A DNA stretch of 64,000 nt, taken from positions 558,001 through 622,000 of the forward strand of contig OZ237759.1 in assembly GCA_965178125.1 (NCBI GenBank), given 5' to 3'. Positions 49,537-60,432 of this stretch are shown here, piece by piece. Under the pieces are notes generated by a model. It saw nothing but the letters and a program-made list of their open reading frames with translations. It made no database searches and was not told the origin of the DNA. The stretch comes from Bilabrum cf. latius (lineage: Eukaryota). The translations under genes were made by a program, and so were the position numbers. The number at the start of each line of letters is the position of its first letter. The stretch's first letter is position 1.

Positions 49537-49978
49537 TCATCGCAGCAGCCACCACTTGTCTTCCGGCTGGTACACTAGCAGGTTCTTTCCACCATCCCCC
49601 CAACTCTCGTACTAGGTCTGGAATATTGATATCCACGCAATGAACATGATTGTCATCACCACAGTGCCGATCGAGGATCGCCACAACCCTGCGAGGCTCA
49701 TTTATGGTCCGACGTGGGCTGTGCATCGGTTCAGCTACAGGGCAGCGAGTTTCAAGCAGCGGAGACTCCTAAGTCTTACACATTCGTAAGTCAGCTGGCG
49801 CATGTTCATCAAATAAGGAATGCCGAAAGTAGAAGATATTTACAATCCAAAGCCACGGGAGGAAGAAGCAGCCTGAAATGAACAGAGTCTTAGCGACCCC
49901 AATCTCGTGGTCGTCCGCCGCTGCATGAGTGTTATCATTCACCCTGTTGCCTTCAGCGGGATCCGTGGCCCTTGACAT
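49537..49978 (-). CDS. PSENEN: Gamma-secretase subunit PEN-2; exons 49978-49780 and 49688-49537
   Basis: FISGCFFLPWLWIVNIFYF...WLWRSSIG...WISIFQT[TAG 49612-49614]YESWG. Intron 49689-49779; ends TGA. Confidence 0.88.
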
Positions 49979-50196
49979 CTCTGCACTGTGCCGGAAACGC
50001 AGCGCCTCGTAGATGCCTCATTTCCTGCTCCGTTGGCAGACTCCGATCGATTCGAGATCGGGGGTCGTGCTCACACAAACATTCAAGCAACGACAATACG
50101 TTCTCATTTGGTTGTTCTGTTGCGCACTACGCGAGAGCAACCGGGTAAACATCTTTACGACACTTCTGGGCAGCGCTTCCTGCAGCTTGGACACAA

Positions 50197-52599
50197 TCAA
50201 ACAGGCACCACGACCGTCTCCGTGGCCCCAAACGCCCCCACCTAGACAGTGACAGTTCCTTCCGTCTCCGATAGAATCGAAGCACTTGCTCCGGGCTCGT
50301 TGCTCATACCGCCGGACCCACCGTCCAGCCACGGCAGTAGCAGCCACGCCGCCGTGCAGTTGGCCACAGAGCCCTGACCACCAGCCCCCAAGGCAGCAGT
50401 TGCTCCGCCGCTGCTGCTGCTGCCGCTGCTGCTACTGCTGCTTGGTCCCAAGCACGATCCGTCGTACCTGGTCGCCTGCGATTCCTGCACGTTGTCGTAC
50501 TCCTTAGAGTACCACCCCTGCAGTTCCGGTTTCTGCTGGCCCTGGATCAGCGTGGCGTTGGACCAGGCGATCCAGGATGACCCTGTCGCAACCGATGATG
50601 TGTGATGAGTGCTGACGGCGGGCACGACCACCATGTGCGCCGTCGTGTCCTGCTGCGTGTCGATCCGGAGCATCGGGGCCGAGGAACCCGAGGAACTTTC
50701 GCTGGAATGGGTCTGGGGCTGCAGGGCGGCGGTGTTGTTTGGATGGGTGTGCCACAGGGCGCTCAGCGTTCTGCTCCGATCCGAGCTGATCCGATCCACC
50801 ACCACCCAGTAGGGCCGGCCCAGCGACCCCCCGGAGCGGCTGAACCACAGGGCGCGGGTGTGCACCGCAGTGCCCTGCACCCCATCGTACCCGATGCTGC
50901 CCCGGGCCCAGTCGTGGTCTGCCTCGATCGCCCACTCGCTTCCCGGGATCGGGGAGGTTGCAACCGCCGGTCCCTTCTGCTCGTCCTGGTCGTCCACCCG
51001 GATCGTGTTGTGCGCCCGAGTGAGAACGGCGTACTGAGACCTCCAGCGGCTTAGATTGCCAGTGTAGGCAAACCTCCCAGAGTCGGTCAGCATGTGCAGG
51101 CCAAAGGGCCGCACGCTCACGTGAAGCTTGTCGTTGTGGCCGTGGCTTGAGGAGCCGAAAGGCCCCACGTCGAAGAAGGACCACACGTCTGACGTCACTG
51201 CCCTCGGGCCTGACGTCACGCCAACAACATTTGCTGGTGATGAGTGCGACCTGCTTGTTGGGGCGGTCAAACTGGCGGGCCCCGCCTCCCCCCAGCCACT
51301 CCTGGAGATGAACTGCCCAGCCCAGGGGAACATGGCAGAGGGCTGCCCCGGGGGCTTGGTGCCTTTTGTTCCCCGCGATGCGATGTACTGCCAGTCGGGG
51401 CGATTGAATCTAGATGCTTCTCCCTGATCATAGACGTCGCTGCCGAAGAATTCCTCGTTGTTGTCTCCGTTCATCGGCGCCATGCCGGTGAAATCGATTG
51501 CGTACGCCGTGTAGTTGACCATGGATTCCGCCACCTGCTTAAGCGCCAGCACGGAAGCATCCTTCCCTCTTCCCGCGTACGAAGCGGTCTCGAGCAGTCC
51601 CAGGAAGTTCTCTGTTGCCACCCAGTGGTAGGAGGAGGTCTCCTCCGACTCCACTCCGTCCGGATACACGCCCGTCTTGGCATCCGCCACGACACCTTCG
51701 AAGGCCTTCTGCAGCCACTCCTCGGCGCCATTCAGCTCCGGCCACAGCATGGCCAGGTTTGCCAGCCCGTGGTATTGCATGGACCTCCAGTTGGGATTTC
51801 CATCTCCGCAGAACTGCCCCAGGAAGCTGCCGTGCTCGCCTACCGAGGCAACCATGGCCACCGGCCAGGAGTCGTCTCGCCACGGCGCGGGGCTCGGCGC
51901 CTTCCTTCCGTGCTTGCTGTCTCCATCTTGCGTCGATTCGTACGAATCGATCATGCCGTAGAAGGCCGTGGGCCAGGTGCCGTCCAGGCGGATCCCGGCT
52001 TCGAGCGAGCGCCATGTCGTGCCGTCCGGGTGCGACGGAGCGGGATTGTGCGCGACCCAATCGGCGCTCAGGTTGGAAAACATGTTGTAGTAGATGATGT
52101 TTCCGGTAGAGTTCCACGCCTGGGCAAGGGATGCCCAAGCGCTGTGGCGGGAGAGGGCGTACATGTACTCGACATCGTCGTTCGGGCCTTTGAAGTCCCA
52201 ATTGAGGCCTCCATCGGCGTCTCTGGGCACCGTGGCAGTAACCGTATAGAAGTCGTATGTGTCTACCAGAGCCATGTCGGCGGCGCCGCCTGCTCGGCCA
52301 GTACCAGGAGAAGGCTTCGGAAATCGCAGCCACCACCCGTTCCGACTGGCCTTGTAGTAGTCGATCAGGGCACGACACGCCCCGGGCGCATCCCCACCCG
52401 CCCACGCCTTCTAAACAGGAATGAGAGCAGGCGAGTACGAATAGTTCAGCTGCTTGTCGAACAGGTTCTGGACGACGGTTGCATCTGGAGGACAGGGCGA
52501 TCCTGGGTCAGAGGAACCGAAAGGAGCCGCGCCGGTCCCTCGGGTGACTGCTAGATACGCCATAAAAGCTGTTGCAATGTCTGTAAGCTAGACTCGCAT
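50197..52599 (-). CDS. Secreted heparinase II/III-family polysaccharide lyase, intronless, 800 aa
   Basis: TWRSLEAGIRL, NPNWRSMQ, VYPDGVESEETSSYH, FDVGPFGSSSHGHNDKLH, LTDSGRFAY, TRAHNTIRVD, YWVVVDRI. Signal-like N-terminus; 3 TAG codons; ends TGA. Confidence 0.87.
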
Positions 52600-52706
52600 T
52601 GTCCTGATACAATGGTCAGCTCGTGTGTCGAATTTCGCGGGTGCAGTTGCCGTTGGCTCCGGAGCAGTGCCATTCAAGTTCAGTGACGGCGTTGCAAAAG
52701 TACAAG

Positions 52707-54704
52707 ATGCCTGGCACAGTAGAGTTTCTGATAGTCTCTAGTGTGCTCGCAGCGTGTCACTCCAGCGGGCAGGAGCTGCCTTACTTGCGCGTGTTCTATT
52801 CGGCAGAAGACACCGATAATGCAGTGCTCGGAGCCACCGCGATGCCACCGAGCCCAACCTACAAGCTTGCTCACAACGGAACCTCCATAAGTACTGTTGC
52901 GAAGACTCGTCCAAGCGATCTCTTGCCCGATGACTGCAAGTACGCCCAGCTGTTTCGTTTCTACAACAGCAGGGATCGCACTGATACGATCACGACGAGC
53001 AGTCAGAAGGGCATTCTATACGCAAAGGTAGCTGGATACACCAAACAATCCCTTGAAGGCTGGGTAATCCACTGCCTGAGAAACAGCTCGACCGGAGATT
53101 CGGCCCCTGGCTCCGCTGTCGCTGTCGGTGCCCGCCTCACGCAGTACTGGAGCGCCGCTCGGATCGACCATTTCCTGGTGTCCACGCCCGAGGGCAGGCG
53201 CGATGCGATCGCAAGCGGATACATTGAAATTAAGTCGTGGGATGAGGGCTACGGCGCCGCTTCGTGGACCACCTTTCCGGACGGGCCAGTGCCCGACGGC
53301 TGCCCCTTTGCTCGCTCCACTGCGGTGCCGGGGATCCAGTTCCTCTACGGAGTGTACGGCTCGTACGGCGGGGCAGATACTTGGTTTCCATCCTGGGGAG
53401 CCGACGGAGATCTGTACACGGGCTTCACGGATGGTGTCGTGAACGGCATCAAGTCGGCGTCGTACAAGGGAGCCAATGCAACGACTGGCATGGCCATCGT
53501 TTCGGGCGATGACCCGCTCCAGCTGGACGTGCACAACGTGACCATATACCAAGAGAGCGCGCTTCCGTACCAGGGCAGATATCCCAGCGCCAACTTGTTC
53601 CTCAACGGCACCTGGTACTACGGAACATACGCACTCATCAACTACAAGGCGGGGCGAGACCCTGCCCCCGACTGCGGCAACTGGTGCGTGCAGGGCCCCT
53701 TCGTGGGGTTCCGGTATAGCAAGGACCGGGGTCGGTCCTGGATCGCGCCCCGGAAGGAAATGAAGGGACCGAACGACACCCTCTTCGGGGAGGTAGCGCC
53801 GTCTGTGAATCCACCGGTGGATTTCGTGAGGTTCGGGGCGCCGCATGTGGTGGACTGCGGGCAGGAGCTGGAGCACTGCTCCCTTGAAAATGCCGAGGAA
53901 AAAAACATAAGGTACTCCTCTGCAGATGATTTGGCTGCCACCGACCAGGGAACAAGAGGCGCTGCCACCCAGGGAGTAGGGGGCAGTGACGGGGGCAAGT
54001 TCGTCTACCTGATCGGTCACGGGGCCACGGGGCCTGGGCAGCACGAGAGCTGGATGCAGGGGAGTGCAGTGCACCTGGCCAGGTTCGACGCATCTCTGCT
54101 TGCGACCAACTCGAGCGCCATCAATGATGGTCGCAACTGGGAGTTTTTCGCCGGGCGGCAGCCCGGCAGCGCCGGGGCCCCCGTCTGGGTGCGCGGCGCC
54201 GTCGACAAGGCGGAACCTATATTCACCTGGCCTAACCGCACGGGCGTTGTGACAGCGACGTACGCCCCGGTGCTGAAGCGGTTCCTCATCTTCGTGTCCA
54301 CGCCGAGGGTGTCCCCCTACACGAACCAAAACTTCGACACGTACGTGCTGGAGAGCCCGCGCCTGACCGGCGGCAATCCCGGGACCGATACCGAGTACAG
54401 GCTGGTGACCTACATGCAGAATTTCGGCACGGAGGCGTATTTTGTGAACCTTCCGAGCAAGTTCGTTGGCACAGGCCTGAATGATGGTGGTGCATCGGAT
54501 GCTCCCTCCACCGGAGCAAGTGCTTTGGGTGGGCGAGCGCAGGGTAGTGGAACCCTCGATGCGTGGCTGTCGTATTCCGCTAATTTTGCGAGCGGTGTGG
54601 CGGTTCCGCCTGGATCTGGGTATCACTGGAGCCTGCAGAAGATGCGGTTCTTGGTCGGTCGTGAAAGTACCCGCTCTCGCCTTTTTGGCGGCATGCAAGC
54701 GTAA
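52707..54704 (+). CDS. Secreted beta-propeller glycoside-hydrolase-like protein (DUF4185-like) with N-terminal accessory repeat, intronless
   Basis: Signal peptide; LFRFYN...D / LTQYWS..RIDHF repeat; ADTWFPSWGADGDLYTGFTDG, PYQGRYPS, FVGFRYSKDRGRSW, EAYFVNLPSKF; ends TAA. Confidence 0.7.
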   Translation: MPGTVEFLIVSSVLAACHSSGQELPYLRVFYSAEDTDNAVLGATAMPPSPTYKLAHNGTSISTVAKTRPSDLLPDDCKYAQLFRFYNSRDRTDTITTSSQKGILYAKVAGYTKQSLEGWVIHCLRNSSTGDSAPGSAVAVGARLTQYWSAARIDHFLVSTPEGRRDAIASGYIEIKSWDEGYGAASWTTFPDGPVPDGCPFARSTAVPGIQFLYGVYGSYGGADTWFPSWGADGDLYTGFTDGVVNGIKSASYKGANATTGMAIVSGDDPLQLDVHNVTIYQESALPYQGRYPSANLFLNGTWYYGTYALINYKAGRDPAPDCGNWCVQGPFVGFRYSKDRGRSWIAPRKEMKGPNDTLFGEVAPSVNPPVDFVRFGAPHVVDCGQELEHCSLENAEEKNIRYSSADDLAATDQGTRGAATQGVGGSDGGKFVYLIGHGATGPGQHESWMQGSAVHLARFDASLLATNSSAINDGRNWEFFAGRQPGSAGAPVWVRGAVDKAEPIFTWPNRTGVVTATYAPVLKRFLIFVSTPRVSPYTNQNFDTYVLESPRLTGGNPGTDTEYRLVTYMQNFGTEAYFVNLPSKFVGTGLNDGGASDAPSTGASALGGRAQGSGTLDAWLSYSANFASGVAVPPGSGYHWSLQKMRFLVGRESTRSRLFGGMQA

Positions 54705-55986
54705 TTCTTCCACATTGAACGGCGCGAGGTAAGTGATTGTAAGATTCACCGCTTTCAATCGGAAGCACACGCGCTAGGAGTCACATCAATCAATCCGCTA
54801 AGGTGTTCCGACAGGTTTAGGCAGGGTAGAGGCGTTGAAGTTAAATGATTGAACAGGATAGCGTGCAGGAAAATCCAAACCACGGCGGTCACAGAGCGAA
54901 TTCAGCAATATCTGGATAAGTATTCATTCGCAGTCGTGACGTATACGAAGCGCTCAAGTAGTTGAATCTAATTCAGTCGGCCGGATCGATGAGCGATGCT
55001 GAGCTCTTGTCGCAACGGCGATGTCGCAACGGCGAAGCCGACCATCGGCGGGCGATGGGCATCAACGATCAGCGGGCCATCGGATATTAATGATCTTTTA
55101 TGCCGATCATTGGTGGAAATTATCGCCCCGGCGATGAGCTACGATCGATCGGTCGCCAGTCGCCCGGCGCCAGTGGATCTATCTGGCGAGCAGAGCTACG
55201 CGAGTACGCCACTTGTGTTTCAAGATCTTCGAACATCCTGGGATTTGCCCAGATATGTGAAAACCGGCTTGATGAACCTGGATTCTGGGTATCACTCAGA
55301 GGGCGGCCTCCGTCTCCCAGATACCTGAGAGCGTAGCCTGCTGGTGCAGGCGCACGGCGCTGTGCTATACCGTCACCACTCTGGCCATGGGCCACATGTA
55401 GGACGTGTCGATGCTCCACAGGTACGCCCCGCTGCCCATGTCCACCAGAGCAAGATCTCCCGCGCGGTCGCACTCCTCCCCCGTGTTGACGAGTGCGCAC
55501 TTCTGGGCCTTGCCCGGGGTATCCGTCTTCCAGTTGATGTATTCTTCCCAGGTCGTCTCCACCAGGTTGCAGTCGTCCTGTACCGTCAGAGAGGCCTTGC
55601 TGTAGCCCACCCCCGACCGGAGCGACTGCCCCATGACCAGCACCTCATCGTCCGACAGCCAGAACCCCCGGGCGGCAGGTCGCTTAGCAAGCGCCTGGGG
55701 GTCGCAGCGATGCACCGCCCCTTCAATGGCAACCTGCAGCACCTGCGCCTTGCGACCATTGCCGAAGGTCTCGTCGTCGTCAGGACTATCCAGGTCCGCC
55801 GACCCCGCCAACCACGCGATAGCACCTCCCTGCTGGAACAGGACGGCATTCCCGTCCCCCTGCAGATGAAGGGTGTCTGCACCCGGGTCCATCAGCGAGG
55901 CAGGCACCCGCCAGATGTACTGCCCGGAGGCGCTGTCCACGATGGCCAGGTCGCCCTTGGTGTCGCACCCGTCCCCCGTGATGACG
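54661..55986. repeat. Diverged direct duplication, copy A (partner 60433-61773)
   Basis: Both copies begin GTGAAAGTACC, share e.g. GCTTTCAATCGGAAGCACACGCGCTA, and run to CCTTGGTGTCGCA. Confidence 0.92.
55296..55986 (-). pseudogene. 5'-truncated bulb-lectin paralogue fragment
   Basis: Near-identical to 59625-60290 (SGQYIWRVPASLMDPGADTL.LQGDGNAVLF). In-frame TGA just upstream of the homology and an early TGA at 55296. Confidence 0.75.
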
Positions 55987-56925
55987 AAAGGCCATACGGT
56001 GCCTACCCTCTCCCTGGGTCACTGTATCCATGGCCACGAACATCGCTGCGGCATGATCCGGGGGATCCAGCACGACAGCCGGCGCTAGCGCAGGAAATCG
56101 ATTGCCTAGGTCACCGTCGGATCGGGGCTTCTCCGGGGCACCGTGTACCACGGGAAGAGCTGCGGTCGCATTCGAAGGTTCGATGCTGCCTGTACACTTC
56201 TGCTTGGCGTAGTGACCAGGTAGTGACCCGCGTTATTATGCCTGTCCGTCCGTCGGCATTCGTCGCTCGCTTCCGATAGGCCGTGGCCCCGCGCGCAATG
56301 GACACTACCAGTACGTCAGAGCAGCCGAGCAACACCGTCTCGGGGAGGTGGGGCAGCCCGGTCGCTGTGGGACCCTCCGAGCTTGGCTTCATGTGCAGCA
56401 TTGGTCCAAAGGCAACGCCGGTCCTGCTGCTCCGGGTGATGTCAGCCTGCAGCCAGATGTTGCTCTCCCACGCGCGCGTCTCGCCCCCCACCTCTCCCAG
56501 AGCTGCACGCCGCAGCATATCGCAAGTGTGCTAACCGCAGCATTCCATGGTGGGGTACCGTCGGGCAGCAGCACGGCAAGGGGCAAGTGCTCATGGGCAC
56601 CGGTGCGCGTGGCGGGCGTTTCGGCCGATGCAGGGGAGAGGCATGCACGTTGGTGCCTGCAGCCAGGCGTATCATGGGCCCGCACGATGGGCACTGTGTG
56701 CTAAGAAATGGATGGGTGGTCCCAGCTATCCCCCGCGTATCAGCATTCGCTTCCCAGATCGTCAAGCTCGACAGTGTGCCACTGAGTGTGCATGAGGGAA
56801 CACGCGATGCATGCCTCCTCTGCCTCCAGATCATGTGAGAGTGCCGGTCATGCTTGTCAGTCAAGAAGGCGTTCCGGAGACAGCAACTCCGACGAAAATG
56901 AGCGTGATGAGCTCGGTCACCAAAG

Positions 56926-56949
56926 CAGTAGCAAGAGCAGCAAGAGCAT

Positions 56950-56987
<38 letters not shown>
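56926..56987. repeat. (CAG)n microsatellite with imperfect flank
   Basis: Run of about 12 perfect CAG units read directly. Confidence 0.9.
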
Positions 56988-58296
56988 CCAAGAGCACCTC
57001 TGGCTCGCTAAGCTTCGGTGCAAGCGCAAGGGGGCGTAGAGATTTCACAATCGGTGGAATGCCCAGGAAATGCTCGAGGAAGAACTTGTCAGGGCGATGC
57101 GCCATCCTGGCGGCGACGAGGACTCCGAGCAGATCTACAATGTTCAGCGAGGATGCCTTGTCCCTTTCCAGGTACGCGGAGGGAGACGGGGGCCGGGTGA
57201 AGCACAGAATATCTTGCTCGTGGTGGTACCCGGGCGACTTTCACGGCTAAGTTCCTCCAGAGAGCCACGCTGGAAAGCACGGCCGTGGATGCATGCTGCA
57301 GCTCTACCCTCGTCCGGGCGCGGGCCCCGACTGGCATTTCGCTAGGGGATGAGGCGTTGAGGGGCAGCCAATCGCAACGGGACAGCCCCTTTGCTCTGTG
57401 AGGTGCTCGGGATTGCCAGTCCTGTTTGCCGTCCTCCAGCTATTCGCCCCGCTGGAGCGCGTATACGTGCCGCGTTGCCATCGGACGGCACGGAGGGCTT
57501 CCGCGAAAGCCGAGGCTAGTGCAGCGACTGCCACTGGCAAGGACAGTTCGTTTCGTGGGTCTGCAAAATCGGTGGGGCCTTTGCAGGGCACGTTGTGGGC
57601 GGGAGGCAGGATTTCGCACGACCTGCGCGAAGCTGTGCGGCCTTGGGGCAGCCAAAAGCGCAATCGTGGCAGCTTCGAGGCGGACGGCAGCAGCACCGGC
57701 AACGCAGGCATATAGTAAGAAGCGAGATGCGAGCATGGAACATGAAGTACCATGAGGTGTGACACATGACGGACCAAGCGTGGACATCGCCAAGCCGGAG
57801 CAGAGCACGGCAGGGGGCTACATCGCGGAGGGGATGCCGGACCGAATCAAAGCCGAGCACATCAGGCTCGTGCGTACGGTCCCACCGTGAGACATACCAA
57901 GGTACTGTCCAAACTGCGCAAGTGGGCAGAAGCCTGGTCCAAAGGGTTGGAATGGGAACAAAGGGGCCCTCTGGCGGCAGCAGCAGGAGGAAGGGGGGGC
58001 ACTTGCTGGGCTGGAGGCGGGGCACTGGGGCAGCGGTGGAGCTGCCGCGGTGCTCCCGACCCGCTACAGCACCCAGCTACCGGTCCTGCAGCACGGCGCG
58101 GTGCTCAGATCTAGAGCCATGCACATGCGGGAAGCAGATTGGAGTACTTTGTTGGTTTGGTTGATAGTGTATGTCGTTCGGCAGAGTCCCTGACGTTCGG
58201 GGCTAGTGCTGCCAATGCACTTTCACGCCTGCGCGATGTAGGTGCTGAGACTCTTCAAATTTCGCAGTTACTGACCAATATATCAGCCAAATACCC

Positions 58297-58540
58297 GTGC
58301 CCGAGCCGAAAAAAAGAAAACCCTAGGCTCGGGCGGAGGGCGCCCCTGCCCGAGCCCAATGTTCGGCTCGGGCACAGGTGCTCGGCGCCCGAGCCTAACA
58401 TTCCGTTCGGGCGCGATGGCAGAAAATCGCGGCAACTTGCTTTGAAACCCAGTTTAAATATAAAATTGCCTTTTGCCCGAGCCGAAAGTTTGGCTCGCGC
58501 AAGGGCGCTCTCCACCACAGCCAAAAGTTTCGCTGTGGCG
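58297..58540. repeat. Array of five short inverted repeats, consensus GCCCGAGCC-spacer-GGCTCGGGC
   Basis: Stems at 58299-58334, 58347-58374, 58385-58414, 58473-58502 and degenerate 58515-58538. Confidence 0.88.
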
Positions 58541-58716
58541 CAAGCGGGGGAATTGGGATAGTTACTAAATGGTATGGTTTTAATCTTCTTCTTGAAATGG
58601 TATGGTCGCAACTTGAAGGGGATCATCCCCCCGGATGATGTTCGGCTTGGGCGCGATCGCGGAACTTGCGCGGTGTGTCCGACTCTCCTCTCCTCGGCGT
58701 CTTCAGATCTGCATGA

Positions 58717-60411
58717 ATGCGATCTGTTGTTCCTATTTTATTAGCTCTCATCGCCTGTTCGCCGCTCAGTGTGCACGGGCGACGAGCTGCAGGCCAGCGG
58801 CACCTTCGACGCGCTGGCTCGAAGTCGTCGGCCTCGGTCCACGCCAGTAGCAGGCATTAGAGCCGCGACATTTGGGCAGTAATCCGTAAAATAGACAAAG
58901 TAGACTAGTTTTCCTGCAACGTCAGTGCCTTGGCCACGAGGAAGCCGGCAAAGGGCGACAGGCTCCAGAGAGGCGAGATCCTGCATTCCGCCATTGGCAA
59001 GCCCGATAATGGCTTGTCCAAGGATTCGACAAGGGTGTGGCTCTGGCAAGAATGCAGCCTGATCGTTGATTTCAACGACAAGACGGAACGTCTCGTCTTC
59101 GGCAACGACAAGGTGCAGGCCCACCACTGCGGGCTGCTCTTGACGGATGCGTCGTGCAGCACGCAGGGAGACCTGGCCATCATTAACCTGAATACGGGCA
59201 AGTACATCTGGCGGGTGCAATCGTCTATATTCACGCCCGAGGTGGACACGTTTCTGGTCCAGGGGGACGGCAATGCCGTTCTCCTTCAGGAAGGCGCGCA
59301 GCTGCTGTGGTCCGCCAAAGTATCGAGCTGGTTCTACTAGTACAGGTACGGGCAGTTTCAGTTCGATCTGTAGGTGCGGGAGGACGTGCACAGCCTGCAG
59401 TGCGATGTAGGGGTCCTGCAATCGTCATACCACCAAGTGAGGATCGGCGACGTGCTGTCTCCGGGGCAGGTGCTGCGCGCTGGGGCCGCCCTGAAGGTGG
59501 GCGAGGGGGAGGGGGTCGAGCTGCGCATGCAGGGAGACTGCAACCTGGTGGTGTACCGAGGGGGCAAGGCAGTGTTTGCGACCAACACGAGGGGCAAGGG
59601 TACCGAGGGGGAGTGCGCACTCATCATCACGGGGGACGGGTGCGACACACAGGGAGACTTGGCCATCGTGGACAGCGCCTCCGGGCAGTACATCTGGCGG
59701 GTGCCTACCTCGCTGATGGACCCGGGTGCAGACACCCTTCGTCTGCAGGGGGACGGGAATGCCGTCCTGTTCCAGCAGGGAGGTGCGATCGCGTGGTCGG
59801 CGGGGTCGGCGGACCTGGATAGTCCTGACGACGACGGGACCTTCGGCAATGGTCGCAAGACGGCGGCGCTGCAAGCAGCCATCGAAGGGGCGGTGCATCG
59901 CTGCGACCCCCAGGCGCTTGCTAAGCGACCTGCCGCCAGGGGGGACACTCTGTGGGACTCCGAGGTGCTGGCCATGGGGCAGTAGCTCCGGTCGGGTGGC
60001 GACAGTCAGGCCTCTCTGACGGTGCAGGACGACTGCAATGCGGTGGAGACGAGACAAAGAGGAGAAATCAACTGGAAGACGGATACCCGGGGCAAGGCCC
60101 AGAAGTGCGCACTCGTCATCACGGGGGAGGAGTGCGACCGCGCGGGAGATCTTGCCCTCGTGGACATGGTCAGCGGGGCGTACCTGTGGAGCATCGACAC
60201 GTCCTACATGCGGCCCACGGCCAGGGCGTTGACGGTATCAGATGCCTACCTGGCCCTGTTCCAGCAGGCTACCCTCGATGATGTCTGGCTGTCGGATGAC
60301 AAAACCAGAACGAACCCCGACGGCTCTACTCGGCTGCCACCCCCCGAGGGATACCCGGAACCCATGTCCGTGAAGGCGTTTGATTATTGGGGCGAGTCCC
60401 AGGATGGGTGA
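58717..60411 (+). CDS. Secreted protein with three tandem bulb-type (GNA-like) lectin-like repeats, 564 aa
   Basis: Signal MRSVVPILLALIACSPLSVHG; QGDCNLVVY, QGDGNAVLF, QDDCNAV and repeated GDLAIVD..SG.YIW; 5 in-frame TAG; ends TGA. Confidence 0.82.
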
Positions 60412-60432
60412 TGGGGATATTGTTCGGCGGAG

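Noticed and set aside
26993-54770. Long antisense ORFs (26993-28270, 51244-52554, 53016-54770 and similar)
   Set aside because: Shadows of GC-rich genes on the opposite strand.
55987-58290. Possible gene or transposon between lectin copies
   Set aside because: Frames are broken by TGA/TAA and I see no transposase, RT or integrase motif; it may be decayed coding DNA but cannot be called.
59983-59985. TAG aligned with TCG in lectin copy A, suggesting TAG=Ser
   Set aside because: A single substitution in a pseudogene fragment; outweighed by the Gln evidence.
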